A DNA stretch of 64,000 nucleotides from a bacterium (GTDB lineage: Bacteria; Patescibacteriota; Microgenomatia; Levybacterales; UBA12049), in the NCBI GenBank assembly GCA_021824155.1, contig JAKALN010000002.1, forward strand, positions 15,775-79,774, written 5' to 3'. This document shows, one piece after another, positions 12,762-23,035 of this stretch (position 1 is its first letter; each line of letters begins with the position of its first letter). Below the pieces are notes generated by a model. It was not told the origin of the DNA. It searched no databases and saw only the letters and a list, made by a program, of their open reading frames with translations. The translations under genes and the position numbers were made by a program.

Positions 12762-13265
12762 TTATTTCTTTTTACTCAATTGTTTTGCCGCTTTTTCAAT
12801 TAGTTGTTTTTGTTCTCTTTCCCCAAATAATTCTCCCACGGATTTTTTTATAAGTTCTATAGACAGGTTTGTAACGTTTTCGGATAATCTTCTTTCCGTA
12901 TCTTTTGCTTCCTGTTCAATTTGCCGTTTTGCTTCTTCCAGTATTTTTTCAGCTTGTTTTCTCGAATTTTCTTCTATTTCTTTTGATATGCTGACCGCTT
13001 GTGTATTTGCATCATCAACAATTTTTCTTGATTGATCCTGCGCCTTTTTTAGTATCTTTTTTTCTTCCTCCAGAGCCTTTTCCAGCGTCAGCCGGCCTTC
13101 TTCTGCCTGTTTTATTCCTTCCTTAATGCTATCGGAGCGCTTTTTTAGCATGTCCAGAACAGACTTATATAAAAGCTTCTTTAAGATATAAAGAATAATT
13201 AAAAAATTTACGATTTGAGCGGCCAATAAATATGGATTTAGCCCAAATTCTTTAACAATTTCCAT
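12762..13265 (-). CDS. atpF: F0F1 ATP synthase subunit b
   Basis: It has one N-terminal TM helix followed by a long charged coiled coil, in the expected operon position. Confidence 0.8.
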   Translation of the reverse strand: MEIVKEFGLNPYLLAAQIVNFLIILYILKKLLYKSVLDMLKKRSDSIKEGIKQAEEGRLTLEKALEEEKKILKKAQDQSRKIVDDANTQAVSISKEIEENSRKQAEKILEEAKRQIEQEAKDTERRLSENVTNLSIELIKKSVGELFGEREQKQLIEKAAKQLSKKK

Positions 13266-13268
13266 AAT

Positions 13269-13475
13269 TTATTTTATGAAAGCCAATATTAACGAATAAA
13301 TTGCGATTGCTTCTGCGAAAGCCATTCCTAAAAGCATTGCGGGAAGAATTCTTCCGGACGCTTCAGGATTTCTTCCGATAGCCTCCATTGCCTTAGCCCC
13401 GATTAAACCGATTGCCAAAGCGGCCATTTGTCCTCCGATAGCAATAATTAAGCCTCCTGATACGCTAAATGTCAT
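13269..13475 (-). CDS. atpE: F0F1 ATP synthase subunit c
   Basis: It is a 68 aa two-helix hairpin. 'GLIGAKAMEAIGRNPEA' and the conserved carboxylate helix 'GMAFAEAIAIY' are present. Confidence 0.9.
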   Translation of the reverse strand: MTFSVSGGLIIAIGGQMAALAIGLIGAKAMEAIGRNPEASGRILPAMLLGMAFAEAIAIYSLILAFIK

Positions 13476-14215
13476 TTTGCGCTCACCTCCTTAGCCTCAT
13501 GATGAGGCGTTGTAAGAATTGCCATAAAAGCCATTGTCAGCATTGAAAAAACTAAAGCCTGGACCAGCCCTACAATTACTTCTAAGAGTAAAAACGGAAG
13601 TGGGAAAAGAAAGGCGGATAATCCGGCAACTGTGCCTAAAACAACTTCCCCTGCGAATATATTCCCAAAAAGACGGAAAGAAAGTGAAATTACTTTTGTA
13701 ATTTCACCAATAATCTCAAGAACGCCTACATAAAGATTTATTGGATTTAAAGAAAAGTACCTTCCCAGATATTCTTTAATTCCTAAAGTCGTAGAACTTA
13801 GCATATGAGTAGCAACTAAAGAAACAATTGCAAGGCCAAAGGTTGTATTTATATCGCTTGTTGCGCTTCTTAAAAGCGGAACAAAAGTCCGTTCTTTTCC
13901 TTCGTAAAGGCCTATTGTTCCAAAACCGGGAATAAGCCCGCTCCAGTTTGCTATAAGAATAAAAAGGAAAAATGTCATTAAATAAGGAAAAATTTTTGAG
14001 GCTCTTTCTCCTGCAACCGATTCGGTTAGGCTATAAAATGTTTCAATTGCCATTTCGATTAGATTTTGGATAAAACCAGGCACCAATTTTATATTTTTTT
14101 TAATATAAACGGCTAACGCTATTAGTAAGACATCCACAATGATAGTGTCTAAAACTGTGTTTGTCACCGGAAAAAAGCCCAAACGAAATATAGGTTCTGC
14201 TGCGAATGAAACCAC
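13472..14215 (-). CDS. atpB: F0F1 ATP synthase subunit a
   Basis: It is polytopic. It has the conserved 'FRLFGNIFAGE' region carrying the essential Arg. Confidence 0.9.
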   Translation of the reverse strand: MVSFAAEPIFRLGFFPVTNTVLDTIIVDVLLIALAVYIKKNIKLVPGFIQNLIEMAIETFYSLTESVAGERASKIFPYLMTFFLFILIANWSGLIPGFGTIGLYEGKERTFVPLLRSATSDINTTFGLAIVSLVATHMLSSTTLGIKEYLGRYFSLNPINLYVGVLEIIGEITKVISLSFRLFGNIFAGEVVLGTVAGLSAFLFPLPFLLLEVIVGLVQALVFSMLTMAFMAILTTPHHEAKEVSAK

Positions 14216-14247
14216 GTAACTTATTTTATCTATAAAATAGCCTCAAG

Positions 14248-17200
14248 TCAAGAAGAAAAATGACTGAAAGCCGATATTTTCTCCGCAATAATTATCGGTT
14301 TATCGTTTTTTGTGTCAATTTTTCCGTTTACTACGATGACAGAGTCTTTTGAAAGAATAGTTTTGTACATTTCGAATACTCTTGGGAAAACTATGCATTC
14401 TGCCAATATTCCTTTTTCATCGCTTATAGTTACGAAGGCCATTTCACTTCCATTTTTCTTTGTAAATATTCTCCTTATGTTTTCTATGAGTCCGCCTATA
14501 GTGACTTGCGTGCCCTCGTTTTCTTCCGTTAAAAGTTCTATTTCGTGGGTAACGTGTTCCCTTATTTTTATTAAGCTTTCCATTTGCGGGTGGGAGGTTA
14601 AATAGAAACCCAAAAACTCTTTTTCAAAGGCCAGCTTTTCGTTTGGGGTAAAGTCTTCAATGTTTTTTGGGCTTACTGATAATTCCTCGTTTTCTTCGGA
14701 GTCTCCGAATAAACTTGTTTGTCCGGACTTAATATCTTTAGTTTTTTTATGGGATTTTTCTATTATCTCAGGATATTTTATTAGAAGGTTTGCTCTGTTT
14801 CCAAATGAATCCATCGCGCCTGCTTTTATTAAGCTTTCAACGGTTTTTTTGTTTACAGCGCCCAAATCAACTCTGGAACAAAGGTCTTCAAGGGTTTTAA
14901 AAGTGCCTTTTTCTCTCTGCTCTAAAATACTGTTTATAGCCGCTTCTCCGACATTTTTTATTGCGGAGAGACCGAATCTTATATTGGTGTTTTCTTCAAT
15001 TGTAAATTCGCTTCCGGATTTATTTATATCCGGAGGTAGGACAGGAACTTTTAACCTTCTGCATTCGGCAACGGCCTGAGCTATTTTTTCATTCTTTATA
15101 GGCCCCGAACTGCCTCTGGATTCTGCGGTTAAAAGGGCGGTCATAAATTCAACGGGAAAATGGGCCTTAAGATATGCAGTTCGAAATGCGATTGTTGCGT
15201 AGCAGGCCGCATGGGCTTTGCCAAATCCATATCCGGCAAAGGGTTCAAATAAAATCCATAGTCCTTCGGCGTTTTTTTTAGACATACCGTTTGTTACGCA
15301 TCCGTCAACAAATTTATCGTGCTGTTTTTTCATTTCGGCGGGGATTTTCTTTCCTACGGCTTTTCTAAGCTTGTCCGCTTCAAGCCAGGAATATCCGGCA
15401 ACGTTAATGGCAGTTAAGAGAAGATCGTCCTGGAAGGTTATAATACCGTACGATTCTTTTAGTACTTCTTTTAGCCTTGGATCAGGATATTTAATAAGGT
15501 TGGGATTGTTTTTTCTTCTTATAAACTCCGGGATATTAGCCATAGGTCCCGGCCTATATAAAGCTACCATTGCCTGAAGATCAAAAATAGAAGTAGGTTT
15601 TAATTCTTTAATATATCTTCTCATTCCGGAAGATTCAAGCTGGAATATTCCGGTAGTCTCTCCCGATGCCAAAAGATCGTATGTTTTTTTGTCTTCAAAA
15701 GAAATATTGGAAAAATCTATGTCTTTATTCTGGTTATCTTTTATAAACCTTAACGCTTCCTGTATAATGGTTAAATTCCTAAGTCCCAAGAAGTCTATCT
15801 TTAAAAGTCCCACACCATCTTCTCCGATACTGTACATATCGTATTGAGTGACAATTTTATCTCCGTTTGTTTCCCTTTGAAGCGGTGTGTATTCTGTTAA
15901 TTCTTTGTCTGCAATAACTACTCCGGCAGCGTGGACCGAAGCATGCCTGGCAACACCTTCTATTTTTTTTGCCAAATCCAAAAGTTTTTTTGTCTCGGAT
16001 TCGGTTTGATATACCGCACGAAGCTCCGGATTTTGTTCCAAAGCTTTTTCTATTGTCATGGCATGTCCCTGCCAGCCCAGGGGTATCATTTTTGATATCC
16101 TGTCTGGTACAGAATAGGGAAGTCCCATTACCCGTCCGGTATCCCTTACCGAGCCTCTTGCCTCGATTGTTCCGAAGGTTATAATTTGGGCTACTTTATC
16201 TCTTCCGTATTTATCGGTGACGTATTCTATTACTTCGTCTCTTCTGTTATCAGCAAAATCCAAATCAATATCGGGAGGTGACGGACGCATAGGGTTTAAA
16301 AATCTCTCAAAGGGGAGTTTAAAAAATAATGGGTCTATGTCCGAAATTCCAAGGGCATAGGATATTATTGAGCCTGCATTAGAACCTCTCCCCGGGCCTA
16401 CCGTAATTCCTTTGGATTTTGCCCAAATAACAAAGTCTGCGACTATTAAGATATAAGTTTCATACCCTTTTTTTAAAATTATTGAAAGTTCGTAATCTGT
16501 TCGGTCTCTTATTTCTTTGGTAATAGTTCCATACCTATTTTTTAATCCTTCTTCTACTTTTTCAGTCATATACTGGGCGGGGGTTTTACCTTGGGGTACA
16601 TCAAATTGGGGCATTATCCATTTTCCAAGCGTTATTTCCAAATTACACATATCGGCTATTTTGACCGTGTTTTCTATAGCTTCCGGTGTTTGAATAAAAA
16701 GTCCTGCCATTTCTTCCGGGCTTTTTATATAAAAGTCGGGTGAAGAAATCATAGACAATTTCCTGTTAGGAGTGTCTAATGTTGTTTGGGTTTGGATGCA
16801 TAGAAGCGTTTCCTGGCCCTCTGCGTCCGTATTGTAAACGTAATGGTTATCGTTGGTTGCAACTAATGGGAGTCCGAGTTTTTGGGAAAGTGCAATAATT
16901 TTTTCGTTTAAAATATCCTGGCCTTTTATATTTGTGTGTTTTTGAATTTCAAGGTAAAAATGGTCTTTTCCAAATATTTCCGATAAAGTTTGTGCTCTTT
17001 TTACCGCTGTTTCTTCCTGGTTATTTAATAATGGTTCGGAAACATACCCGTTAATACAAGCGCTTAAACAAATAATTCCTTCATGGTATTCGCGCAGAAG
17101 TTGTATATCTGTTCTAGGTTTATAATAGTAACCTTCAAGATTGGCTACGGATATAATTTTCATTAGATTTTTATATCCGGTCAGGTTTTGAGCCAAAAGC

Positions 17201-17469
17201 ACTAAATGGTTGGAATCTCCGTCCACACCCGCTTCTTTATCGTGCCTGGTCCTTTTGCTTATGTATATTTCGCATCCTATTATGGGTTTTATTCCGGCCT
17301 CCAAGCATGTTTTATAAAAAGTAATAGTCCCATACATGTTTCCATGGTCTGTTATTGCGAGAGCTTTCATGTTCAGTTCCTTAGCACGGTTAACCATGTC
17401 TTTTATTTTCGAAAGACCGTCTAAAAGTGAGAATTCGCTGTGATTATGAAGGTGTACAAAATCTGCCAT
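14248..17469 (-). CDS. dnaE: DNA polymerase III alpha subunit
   Basis: The N-terminal PHP domain '[18 protein letters not shown]...[12 protein letters not shown]' is present. The 1073 aa length and a polymerase core motif '[14 protein letters not shown]' fit DnaE. Confidence 0.95.
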   Translation of the reverse strand: MADFVHLHNHSEFSLLDGLSKIKDMVNRAKELNMKALAITDHGNMYGTITFYKTCLEAGIKPIIGCEIYISKRTRHDKEAGVDGDSNHLVLLAQNLTGYKNLMKIISVANLEGYYYKPRTDIQLLREYHEGIICLSACINGYVSEPLLNNQEETAVKRAQTLSEIFGKDHFYLEIQKHTNIKGQDILNEKIIALSQKLGLPLVATNDNHYVYNTDAEGQETLLCIQTQTTLDTPNRKLSMISSPDFYIKSPEEMAGLFIQTPEAIENTVKIADMCNLEITLGKWIMPQFDVPQGKTPAQYMTEKVEEGLKNRYGTITKEIRDRTDYELSIILKKGYETYILIVADFVIWAKSKGITVGPGRGSNAGSIISYALGISDIDPLFFKLPFERFLNPMRPSPPDIDLDFADNRRDEVIEYVTDKYGRDKVAQIITFGTIEARGSVRDTGRVMGLPYSVPDRISKMIPLGWQGHAMTIEKALEQNPELRAVYQTESETKKLLDLAKKIEGVARHASVHAAGVVIADKELTEYTPLQRETNGDKIVTQYDMYSIGEDGVGLLKIDFLGLRNLTIIQEALRFIKDNQNKDIDFSNISFEDKKTYDLLASGETTGIFQLESSGMRRYIKELKPTSIFDLQAMVALYRPGPMANIPEFIRRKNNPNLIKYPDPRLKEVLKESYGIITFQDDLLLTAINVAGYSWLEADKLRKAVGKKIPAEMKKQHDKFVDGCVTNGMSKKNAEGLWILFEPFAGYGFGKAHAACYATIAFRTAYLKAHFPVEFMTALLTAESRGSSGPIKNEKIAQAVAECRRLKVPVLPPDINKSGSEFTIEENTNIRFGLSAIKNVGEAAINSILEQREKGTFKTLEDLCSRVDLGAVNKKTVESLIKAGAMDSFGNRANLLIKYPEIIEKSHKKTKDIKSGQTSLFGDSEENEELSVSPKNIEDFTPNEKLAFEKEFLGFYLTSHPQMESLIKIREHVTHEIELLTEENEGTQVTIGGLIENIRRIFTKKNGSEMAFVTISDEKGILAECIVFPRVFEMYKTILSKDSVIVVNGKIDTKNDKPIIIAEKISAFSHFSS

Positions 17470-17476
17470 ATCTATA

Positions 17477-17968
17477 TTATATTGCTTTTGATAACAGTAC
17501 TGACGGGGCCTCCTGTGCCGGTTCCGCCGATATTATCTCTATAGGTACTCCTTTTTCCGGTGTTAGTTTTATTACTCCATCCCTTTGCATAGCTCCCAGG
17601 TGCCCGTATTCAGGATGAGGAACCGGTTCCTGTGTTTCTTGTATCCGAATTTTTGTTCCGTTTACCATTTTTCCCACCAATTCTTTTAAAATTCCAAATC
17701 TTTCAAGGCCGGTAGGAGGAATTGCTGAGCCGATTTTTTCAGCGGTTATTAAAAGGTCTATGTCTTTTCTTGGCAAGTTTTTTTTCAGGGTTCCTCCTAC
17801 AGCATAGATATTTCCTGTTATGCCTTGTTCATCTGTGACGTCTTCGAATCTTTGTATAAGTGTTTCTATGTTGGTTCTGTCATCCGTCTCTCCTGCAGAG
17901 GTGAATCTTTCAAGATAACTTGTTCTATCTAATGGTGTTTGTTCTGCGACTGCTGTTATTTCTGCCAT
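17477..17968 (-). CDS. Minimal nucleotidyltransferase (Pol-beta superfamily NTase fold) protein
   Basis: '[19 protein letters not shown]' matches the hG[GS]x9-13 DxD NTase signature. Its amino-acid composition is poorer in K, I and N than its neighbours. Confidence 0.5.
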   Translation of the reverse strand: MAEITAVAEQTPLDRTSYLERFTSAGETDDRTNIETLIQRFEDVTDEQGITGNIYAVGGTLKKNLPRKDIDLLITAEKIGSAIPPTGLERFGILKELVGKMVNGTKIRIQETQEPVPHPEYGHLGAMQRDGVIKLTPEKGVPIEIISAEPAQEAPSVLLSKAI

Positions 17969-17972
17969 ATTA

Positions 17973-18770
17973 TTAGTTTCCGTTACTTGGGTTATCTATT
18001 GTTGTGACGTTTTGGTAATCTTCATAGGAATATAGAATGTTGTGACCTTCTGTTTTTGAGTCTTTTTTAGCCATGTAAAGAACTTTGTCAGCTTTCTTAC
18101 TTAATTGTGCGATAATTTCAGTTATTTGTTGTTCTATTTCACCTGGTTCATGTTTCTCTCCCAAGAAACCTAGCTCTTCCGGATGGAGTGTTGCGATTCC
18201 TGCTCCGATAAATATGTTGTTTGCATTGAATTGAAAATTAAGTCTTTCAAATAATTTTCTTATCCCTTCAGGACTTACACCGCTTAATACAAGTGCGAAT
18301 TCATCTCCTTTTTCCCCCATTCTTGAAACAAAATCTAGTCCTTCCCTTGTGTTTTCACTTAATATTTTTGCTGTATTTTTAAGCAGTTTATCGCCTGCTG
18401 GGTGTCCTCCATGTTCTTCGTCATCATTAACAGCTTTTAAATTATTCAAATCTAACAGCATTAGACTTACCGTATCTCCTGTTCTTGCGGTTCTTCTTAA
18501 GGTTTCCCTTATTTCTCTTTCAAACCCGTTTCTGTTATAAATTTCTGTTAAAGAATCTATTTCACCCTTTTGCCTTTCAGCATCAATTTCTATATCTTTT
18601 ACTTCAACTGTATCGAAAACTGCTCTTCGAACAGCTTTTATATCCGAAGGATGAGCGAATTTCCTTCTCCCATTTTCTATAGCCCTTTTTATGTACGGTC
18701 TTGCTTTTTCATATTGTGCGCGTAATGCAGTAAATCCTGTAGGCTGTTTTTCTGGAATAGATTCGCTCAT
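17973..18770 (-). CDS. Stand-alone GGDEF-domain protein (diguanylate-cyclase-like) with a non-canonical 'GEKGDEF' signature
   Basis: It aligns with the GGDEF domain through 'DSLTEIYNRNGF...LLDLNNLKAVND...GH.AGDKLL...VSRMGEKGDEFALVL...AKKDSKTEGHNIL'. It has no sensor domain or TM helix. Its start overlaps the gatB stop by 4 nt. Confidence 0.7.
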   Translation of the reverse strand: MSESIPEKQPTGFTALRAQYEKARPYIKRAIENGRRKFAHPSDIKAVRRAVFDTVEVKDIEIDAERQKGEIDSLTEIYNRNGFEREIRETLRRTARTGDTVSLMLLDLNNLKAVNDDEEHGGHPAGDKLLKNTAKILSENTREGLDFVSRMGEKGDEFALVLSGVSPEGIRKLFERLNFQFNANNIFIGAGIATLHPEELGFLGEKHEPGEIEQQITEIIAQLSKKADKVLYMAKKDSKTEGHNILYSYEDYQNVTTIDNPSNGN

Positions 18771-20086
18771 TTTAACTCCTCTAAAATTAATTTTCTTAGC
18801 ATATTGGTATCTATTTTCTTTTTCAGTATATACATAACCTGACCGATTGCAAATTGTATTACAGAATCTTTGCCTTTTTTGTAATCTTCTTTGATTCCGG
18901 GATTGTCTTTGAGTACTTTCCGTACAATATTTCTCAGTTCATCTGCATTAATGTCTTCTTTTTTTTCGGATTGCAGTATGTTTTCAATCAACTTAGCAGG
19001 GACAATGTTGCCTATGTCAACTTTTTTATTAATTATGTTGTTAGCTATTTGTTTAGCTGTTACTCTATTTTTTTGGCCGATTTTAAATACTTCTTCAAAA
19101 TAGTCCGCTAGGGTTTTTTCTTTTGTTAGTATTTCACCGTCGTATAGGGAAAGCCCGTATTGTTTTTGGAACCTGTTTAGCTTGACGTTGGGAAGTTCGG
19201 GTAAAGTTTCTTTGAGTTTGTTAATTTCCGGTTCCTTCCATCTAATCGGCGGAATATCCGGCTCGGGAAAGTATCTATAATCTGATGCCTCTTCTTTAAC
19301 CCTCTGTGAAACAGTAGATGAATTTTTTTCTACAAATCCTCTTGTTTCCTGGACAGGTGTTTTCCCCTCGTCTAGAATTTCGGCCTGTCTTTTAATTTCG
19401 TAATCTATTGCTTTTCCTACGAAAGCAAAAGAGTTTATATTTTTAACTTCTACCTTGTATTTTGGTAATCCCTTCTCTCCGTCTTTTTTTAAGGATATGT
19501 TCGGCTCAAGTCTCATATTTCCTTTTTCCATGTCGGCATTTGAAACCCCTAAATACCTGACAATTTGTTGTAGTTTTTGCAGGTATTCTTTTACTTCGTC
19601 CGCGGTTTCAAAATCCGGCTCTGTGACTATTTCTACCAAAGGAACACCCGAGCGGTTAAAATCTATAAGGCTTACTTTTTTTTCGTCTACGGTTTCGTGT
19701 ATCAGTTTTCCGGTGTCTTCCTCCATGTGTACTCTGGTTATTCCGATTTTTTTACCGTTTTGTAAAGTTATATGGCCGTTTAAACAGAACGGTTTATCAT
19801 ATTGGGAAATCTGATAGCCTTTTGCTAAGTCCGGATAAAAATAATTTTTTCTGTCAAATTTTGAAAACAGGGGGATCCCGCAGTTTAATGCGAGGCCAAT
19901 TTGGACACACCATTCGACCGCCTTTTTATTTGGTACAGGTAAGGCTCCCGGCAGTCCAAGGCAGACAGGACAAGTATGCGTGTTTGGTTTTTGTCCAAAG
20001 TAGTCCGCGCTGCAGCTGCAAAACATTTTTGAATTGGTTTTTAATTCAACGTGTACTTCCAGTCCTATTACCGCTTTGTATTTCAT
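18767..20086 (-). CDS. gatB: Asp-tRNA(Asn)/Glu-tRNA(Gln) amidotransferase subunit B
   Basis: 'MKYKAVIGLEVHVELKTNSKMFCSCS' is the GatB N-terminus. Confidence 0.95.
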   Translation of the reverse strand: MKYKAVIGLEVHVELKTNSKMFCSCSADYFGQKPNTHTCPVCLGLPGALPVPNKKAVEWCVQIGLALNCGIPLFSKFDRKNYFYPDLAKGYQISQYDKPFCLNGHITLQNGKKIGITRVHMEEDTGKLIHETVDEKKVSLIDFNRSGVPLVEIVTEPDFETADEVKEYLQKLQQIVRYLGVSNADMEKGNMRLEPNISLKKDGEKGLPKYKVEVKNINSFAFVGKAIDYEIKRQAEILDEGKTPVQETRGFVEKNSSTVSQRVKEEASDYRYFPEPDIPPIRWKEPEINKLKETLPELPNVKLNRFQKQYGLSLYDGEILTKEKTLADYFEEVFKIGQKNRVTAKQIANNIINKKVDIGNIVPAKLIENILQSEKKEDINADELRNIVRKVLKDNPGIKEDYKKGKDSVIQFAIGQVMYILKKKIDTNMLRKLILEELK

Positions 20087-21522
20087 AAATTAGGTTTTAA
20101 TTTCCTCCACTGCTCAGTTTGGGTTATTTTTTCGTATTCAAATGCAACGGACAGAACCAGTTCCTCGCTAAACTGCGGTCCTATTATTTGCATTCCTATC
20201 GGAAGCCCCGAATTTGAAAAGCCGACGGGGATATTTATTCCTGCCAAACCCGCAATTGAAGAGGGTTCTACCAAAACATCCGCAATTTCGCCAAACATGG
20301 CAGCGTCTTTCGTCGCTCCGACAGGCAGAGCAAGGGAAGGGCTTGTGGGGGCAATTATTACATCCACTTTTCCAAAAGCTTTCTCAAAGTCATTGATTAT
20401 TACAGTTCTTACCTGTTGGGCTTTATTGTAATATTGGTCGTAGTAACCTGAAGAAAGTGCGTAGGTCCCAAACATTATCCTTCTTTTTGCTTCATCTGCG
20501 AAGGCGCCTCTACCGTTTCCGTATCTAATTCCGTCGTATCTTGCGAGGTTTGAGGATACTTCCGATCTCTGGATTATCGTATAGACATCTATTGCATATT
20601 TTGGGTCGAATAATTTAATGTTTTCTATTTTGCCGCCTGCTTTTTCCAGTTTTTTTATAGCTTCTTTTACGTTTTTTTCGACTTCTTTGTCCAACCCTTC
20701 TATGAAATATTCGTTTGAAATTCCGATTTTTAGTTCTTTAATATCTTTTTTTAGTTTTTGGCTGTACTTTAAAACAGGTTTGGGGGAAGTAGTTGCATCC
20801 ATTTCGTCTTTTCCGGCAAGGACCTCCAGGATTATAGCGCTGTCTTCGGTTGTTTTTGTTATGGGGCCCGGGGAGTCAAGTGATGAACCCATTGCGATAA
20901 CTCCGTATCTGGATACTCTTCCGTAGGTGGGTTTTAATCCTACCACACCGCACCATGAGGCGGGCTGCCTTATTGATCCGGCTGTTTCCGAACCTATTGC
21001 GGCAATTGTCTGGTCGGCTGCTACGCTGGCTGCTGAGCCTCCTGAAGAGCCTCCAGGCAAGTGTTTCGTGTTCCACGGGTTTTTACTGGCTCCGAAGTCT
21101 GAAGTTTCTGTAGAGGAACCATGAGCCCAGGCATCCATGTTGGTTTTCCCCAATATTACACAGCCGGCTTCTTTTATCTTTTTTATAACTGTAGAATCAA
21201 ACGGGGGAATATAACTTTCTAAAACCTTACTGGATGCAGTAGTTTTAATTCCTTTTGTGGAAAAATTATCTTTTACCGCAAGCGGAATTCCCAAAAGGGG
21301 AAGTTCTACTGCGTCCGAAAGGGCTTTGTCTGCAATTTTAGCCTGCTCAAGCGCGTCTTTTTCCGTAACCGTAACAAATGCATTTAATTTAGGTTCAGTT
21401 GCTTTAATCCGTTCAAGACATGCTTTTGTTAATTCAACAGATGAAAAATCTTTATTTTTCAAACCTTCTTTTGCCTGTTTTAATGTTAAATTATTAAGAT
21501 TCATTTTCTTCAAAAATAGCAT
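20083..21522 (-). CDS. gatA: Glu-tRNA(Gln) amidotransferase subunit A
   Basis: It has the amidase signature 'GGSSGGSAASVAA' and 'GTDTGGSIRQPA'-like 'GSETAGSIRQPA'. Confidence 0.95.
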   Translation of the reverse strand: MLFLKKMNLNNLTLKQAKEGLKNKDFSSVELTKACLERIKATEPKLNAFVTVTEKDALEQAKIADKALSDAVELPLLGIPLAVKDNFSTKGIKTTASSKVLESYIPPFDSTVIKKIKEAGCVILGKTNMDAWAHGSSTETSDFGASKNPWNTKHLPGGSSGGSAASVAADQTIAAIGSETAGSIRQPASWCGVVGLKPTYGRVSRYGVIAMGSSLDSPGPITKTTEDSAIILEVLAGKDEMDATTSPKPVLKYSQKLKKDIKELKIGISNEYFIEGLDKEVEKNVKEAIKKLEKAGGKIENIKLFDPKYAIDVYTIIQRSEVSSNLARYDGIRYGNGRGAFADEAKRRIMFGTYALSSGYYDQYYNKAQQVRTVIINDFEKAFGKVDVIIAPTSPSLALPVGATKDAAMFGEIADVLVEPSSIAGLAGINIPVGFSNSGLPIGMQIIGPQFSEELVLSVAFEYEKITQTEQWRKLKPNL

Positions 21523-21784
21523 TTACTTTAAACATTCCGTTGTGCGCAGATTTTGTATTAGACAGAGACTCATCTTGGGTTAAGGAAGGTCCGGCCAGGT
21601 CTTTCCTCGTTACGTTTTCAAGGCCGGTTACCTGGCTTGTGGGTTCAATGCCTTTTGTCTCAACATCACCAAGCTCCTCAACGTATTTGATTGTTTCTTC
21701 AAGCTGTTTTTCGAATTTTGTTTTTTCTTCCAAGGACAAAGGGAGATTTGCAAGTTTTGCTATATGGGAGACATCAATTTTCAT
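21494..21784 (-). CDS. gatC: Glu-tRNA(Gln) amidotransferase subunit C
   Basis: 'MKIDVSHIAKLANLPLSLEEKTKFEKQLEETIKYVEEL' is GatC. Confidence 0.9.
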   Translation of the reverse strand: MKIDVSHIAKLANLPLSLEEKTKFEKQLEETIKYVEELGDVETKGIEPTSQVTGLENVTRKDLAGPSLTQDESLSNTKSAHNGMFKVNAIFEENES

Positions 21785-21816
21785 TGAGAATATTATATTC
21801 TACTGCCATATTTATA

Positions 21817-22275
21817 TCAATTGGAGGATTTTCTTACAACTTGGTGTATTCTTAAATTTAACCTTTTTGCTGTTTGATATTCATTTGTTGCTCCTTTTGA
21901 CAGCTCCCATTGTGGAGTCATAAAGACGTCTGTAATGTATCCTGATTCTAGGATTTCCCTCCAGAATCTTTGAGATAGTTCCTCTCTGCCCGCCGGCGGT
22001 TTGGGTAAGAGCCTAAAAGCCGCTTCACTTTCTATAAAATCCAGTGCACAAAAGACAGGGTAGTCAACGTTCCTTTTTATAAATCTTGTATATCTGGCAA
22101 GGTTTTTAATATTTCTCACTAAATATACAGAACCCTCAGATTTAATTACTCCGGATACAAACCCTATTTTTCCTGATTCGCTTTGTTCTTTTGCTTCCTT
22201 TAATATATCCAATGCACGCTGTTTAGTTCTTTCAAAATCTCTAGAGTCTGCAAACGCTTTTAATCTCTCTGTCAT
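21817..22275 (-). CDS. DUF4406-like protein with a nucleoside 2-deoxyribosyltransferase-like fold
   Basis: 'IGFVSGVI...' resembles the G-rich N-terminus of that family. 'DVFMTPQWELSKGATNEYQTAKRLNLRI' matches the C-terminal MxPxWxxSxGAxxExxxA motif. Confidence 0.45.
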   Translation of the reverse strand: MTERLKAFADSRDFERTKQRALDILKEAKEQSESGKIGFVSGVIKSEGSVYLVRNIKNLARYTRFIKRNVDYPVFCALDFIESEAAFRLLPKPPAGREELSQRFWREILESGYITDVFMTPQWELSKGATNEYQTAKRLNLRIHQVVRKSSN

Positions 22276-22276
22276 C

Positions 22277-23035
22277 TTAAATATTTATATTTAACCTTTT
22301 AGCAATTACTTTTCTGGCTTTTTCTTCTTCTGAATTATCTAATTTTTCCAGTTCAAAATTTTTTCCGTATTTTATTTCGAGAGCCTTCTTTATTAAGTAA
22401 TCTGCAAGCTCAGGATTTTTTGGCAGTATTGGTCCGTGGAAATAAGTACCGATAGAGTTTTTATAAATAGCCCCTTCTTCCTTTGCGCTGTCGTTGCTTC
22501 CGAATCCTTTTAATACTTTTCCCAAAGGTTTAATGCCATTTCCAAGGATAGTTCTTCCGCCGTGATTTTCAAAACCGACAAGAACTGTTTTTTTGCCGAA
22601 TAAGTTTTGGGCATCTATCGCAATATTACCAATTAGACGTTTTCTTCCCGGATTTTCCGTGTACATATCCAGTATTCCCAGTTGAGGTAATTTATTGCCA
22701 TCGGCAGTTTTGTAATACTGTCCCAAATACTGAAATCCTCCGCAGATATATAGTCCCGGAATTCCGTTTTCAATAGCTTCTTTAAAAGCTTTTTTCTTTT
22801 TTGTTAAGTCTTTTGCCACAACTTCCTGCTGTGTATCCTGTGCGCCGCCCATCATAAAGAGGTCGCATAATGAAAAATCCTTATCCGATATTCCAATTCC
22901 TATTTCTTTAATTTCGGCTGTAATTCCGCGCCACTGGCAGCGTTTTTGCAGAACAATAACATTGCCCCTGTCCCCGTATGTATTCATCAGCTCGGGGTAA
23001 AGCCATCCAATGACCAATGATTTCTGATTTGTCAT
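22277..23035 (-). CDS. gatD: Lipid II isoglutaminyl synthase, glutaminase subunit GatD (CobQ-like GATase)
   Basis: 'LYPELMNTYGDRGN', 'ICGGFQYLG', 'GFENHGGRT' and 'GTYFHGPILPKN' closely follow Staphylococcus GatD. Confidence 0.9.
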   Translation of the reverse strand: MTNQKSLVIGWLYPELMNTYGDRGNVIVLQKRCQWRGITAEIKEIGIGISDKDFSLCDLFMMGGAQDTQQEVVAKDLTKKKKAFKEAIENGIPGLYICGGFQYLGQYYKTADGNKLPQLGILDMYTENPGRKRLIGNIAIDAQNLFGKKTVLVGFENHGGRTILGNGIKPLGKVLKGFGSNDSAKEEGAIYKNSIGTYFHGPILPKNPELADYLIKKALEIKYGKNFELEKLDNSEEEKARKVIAKRLNINI

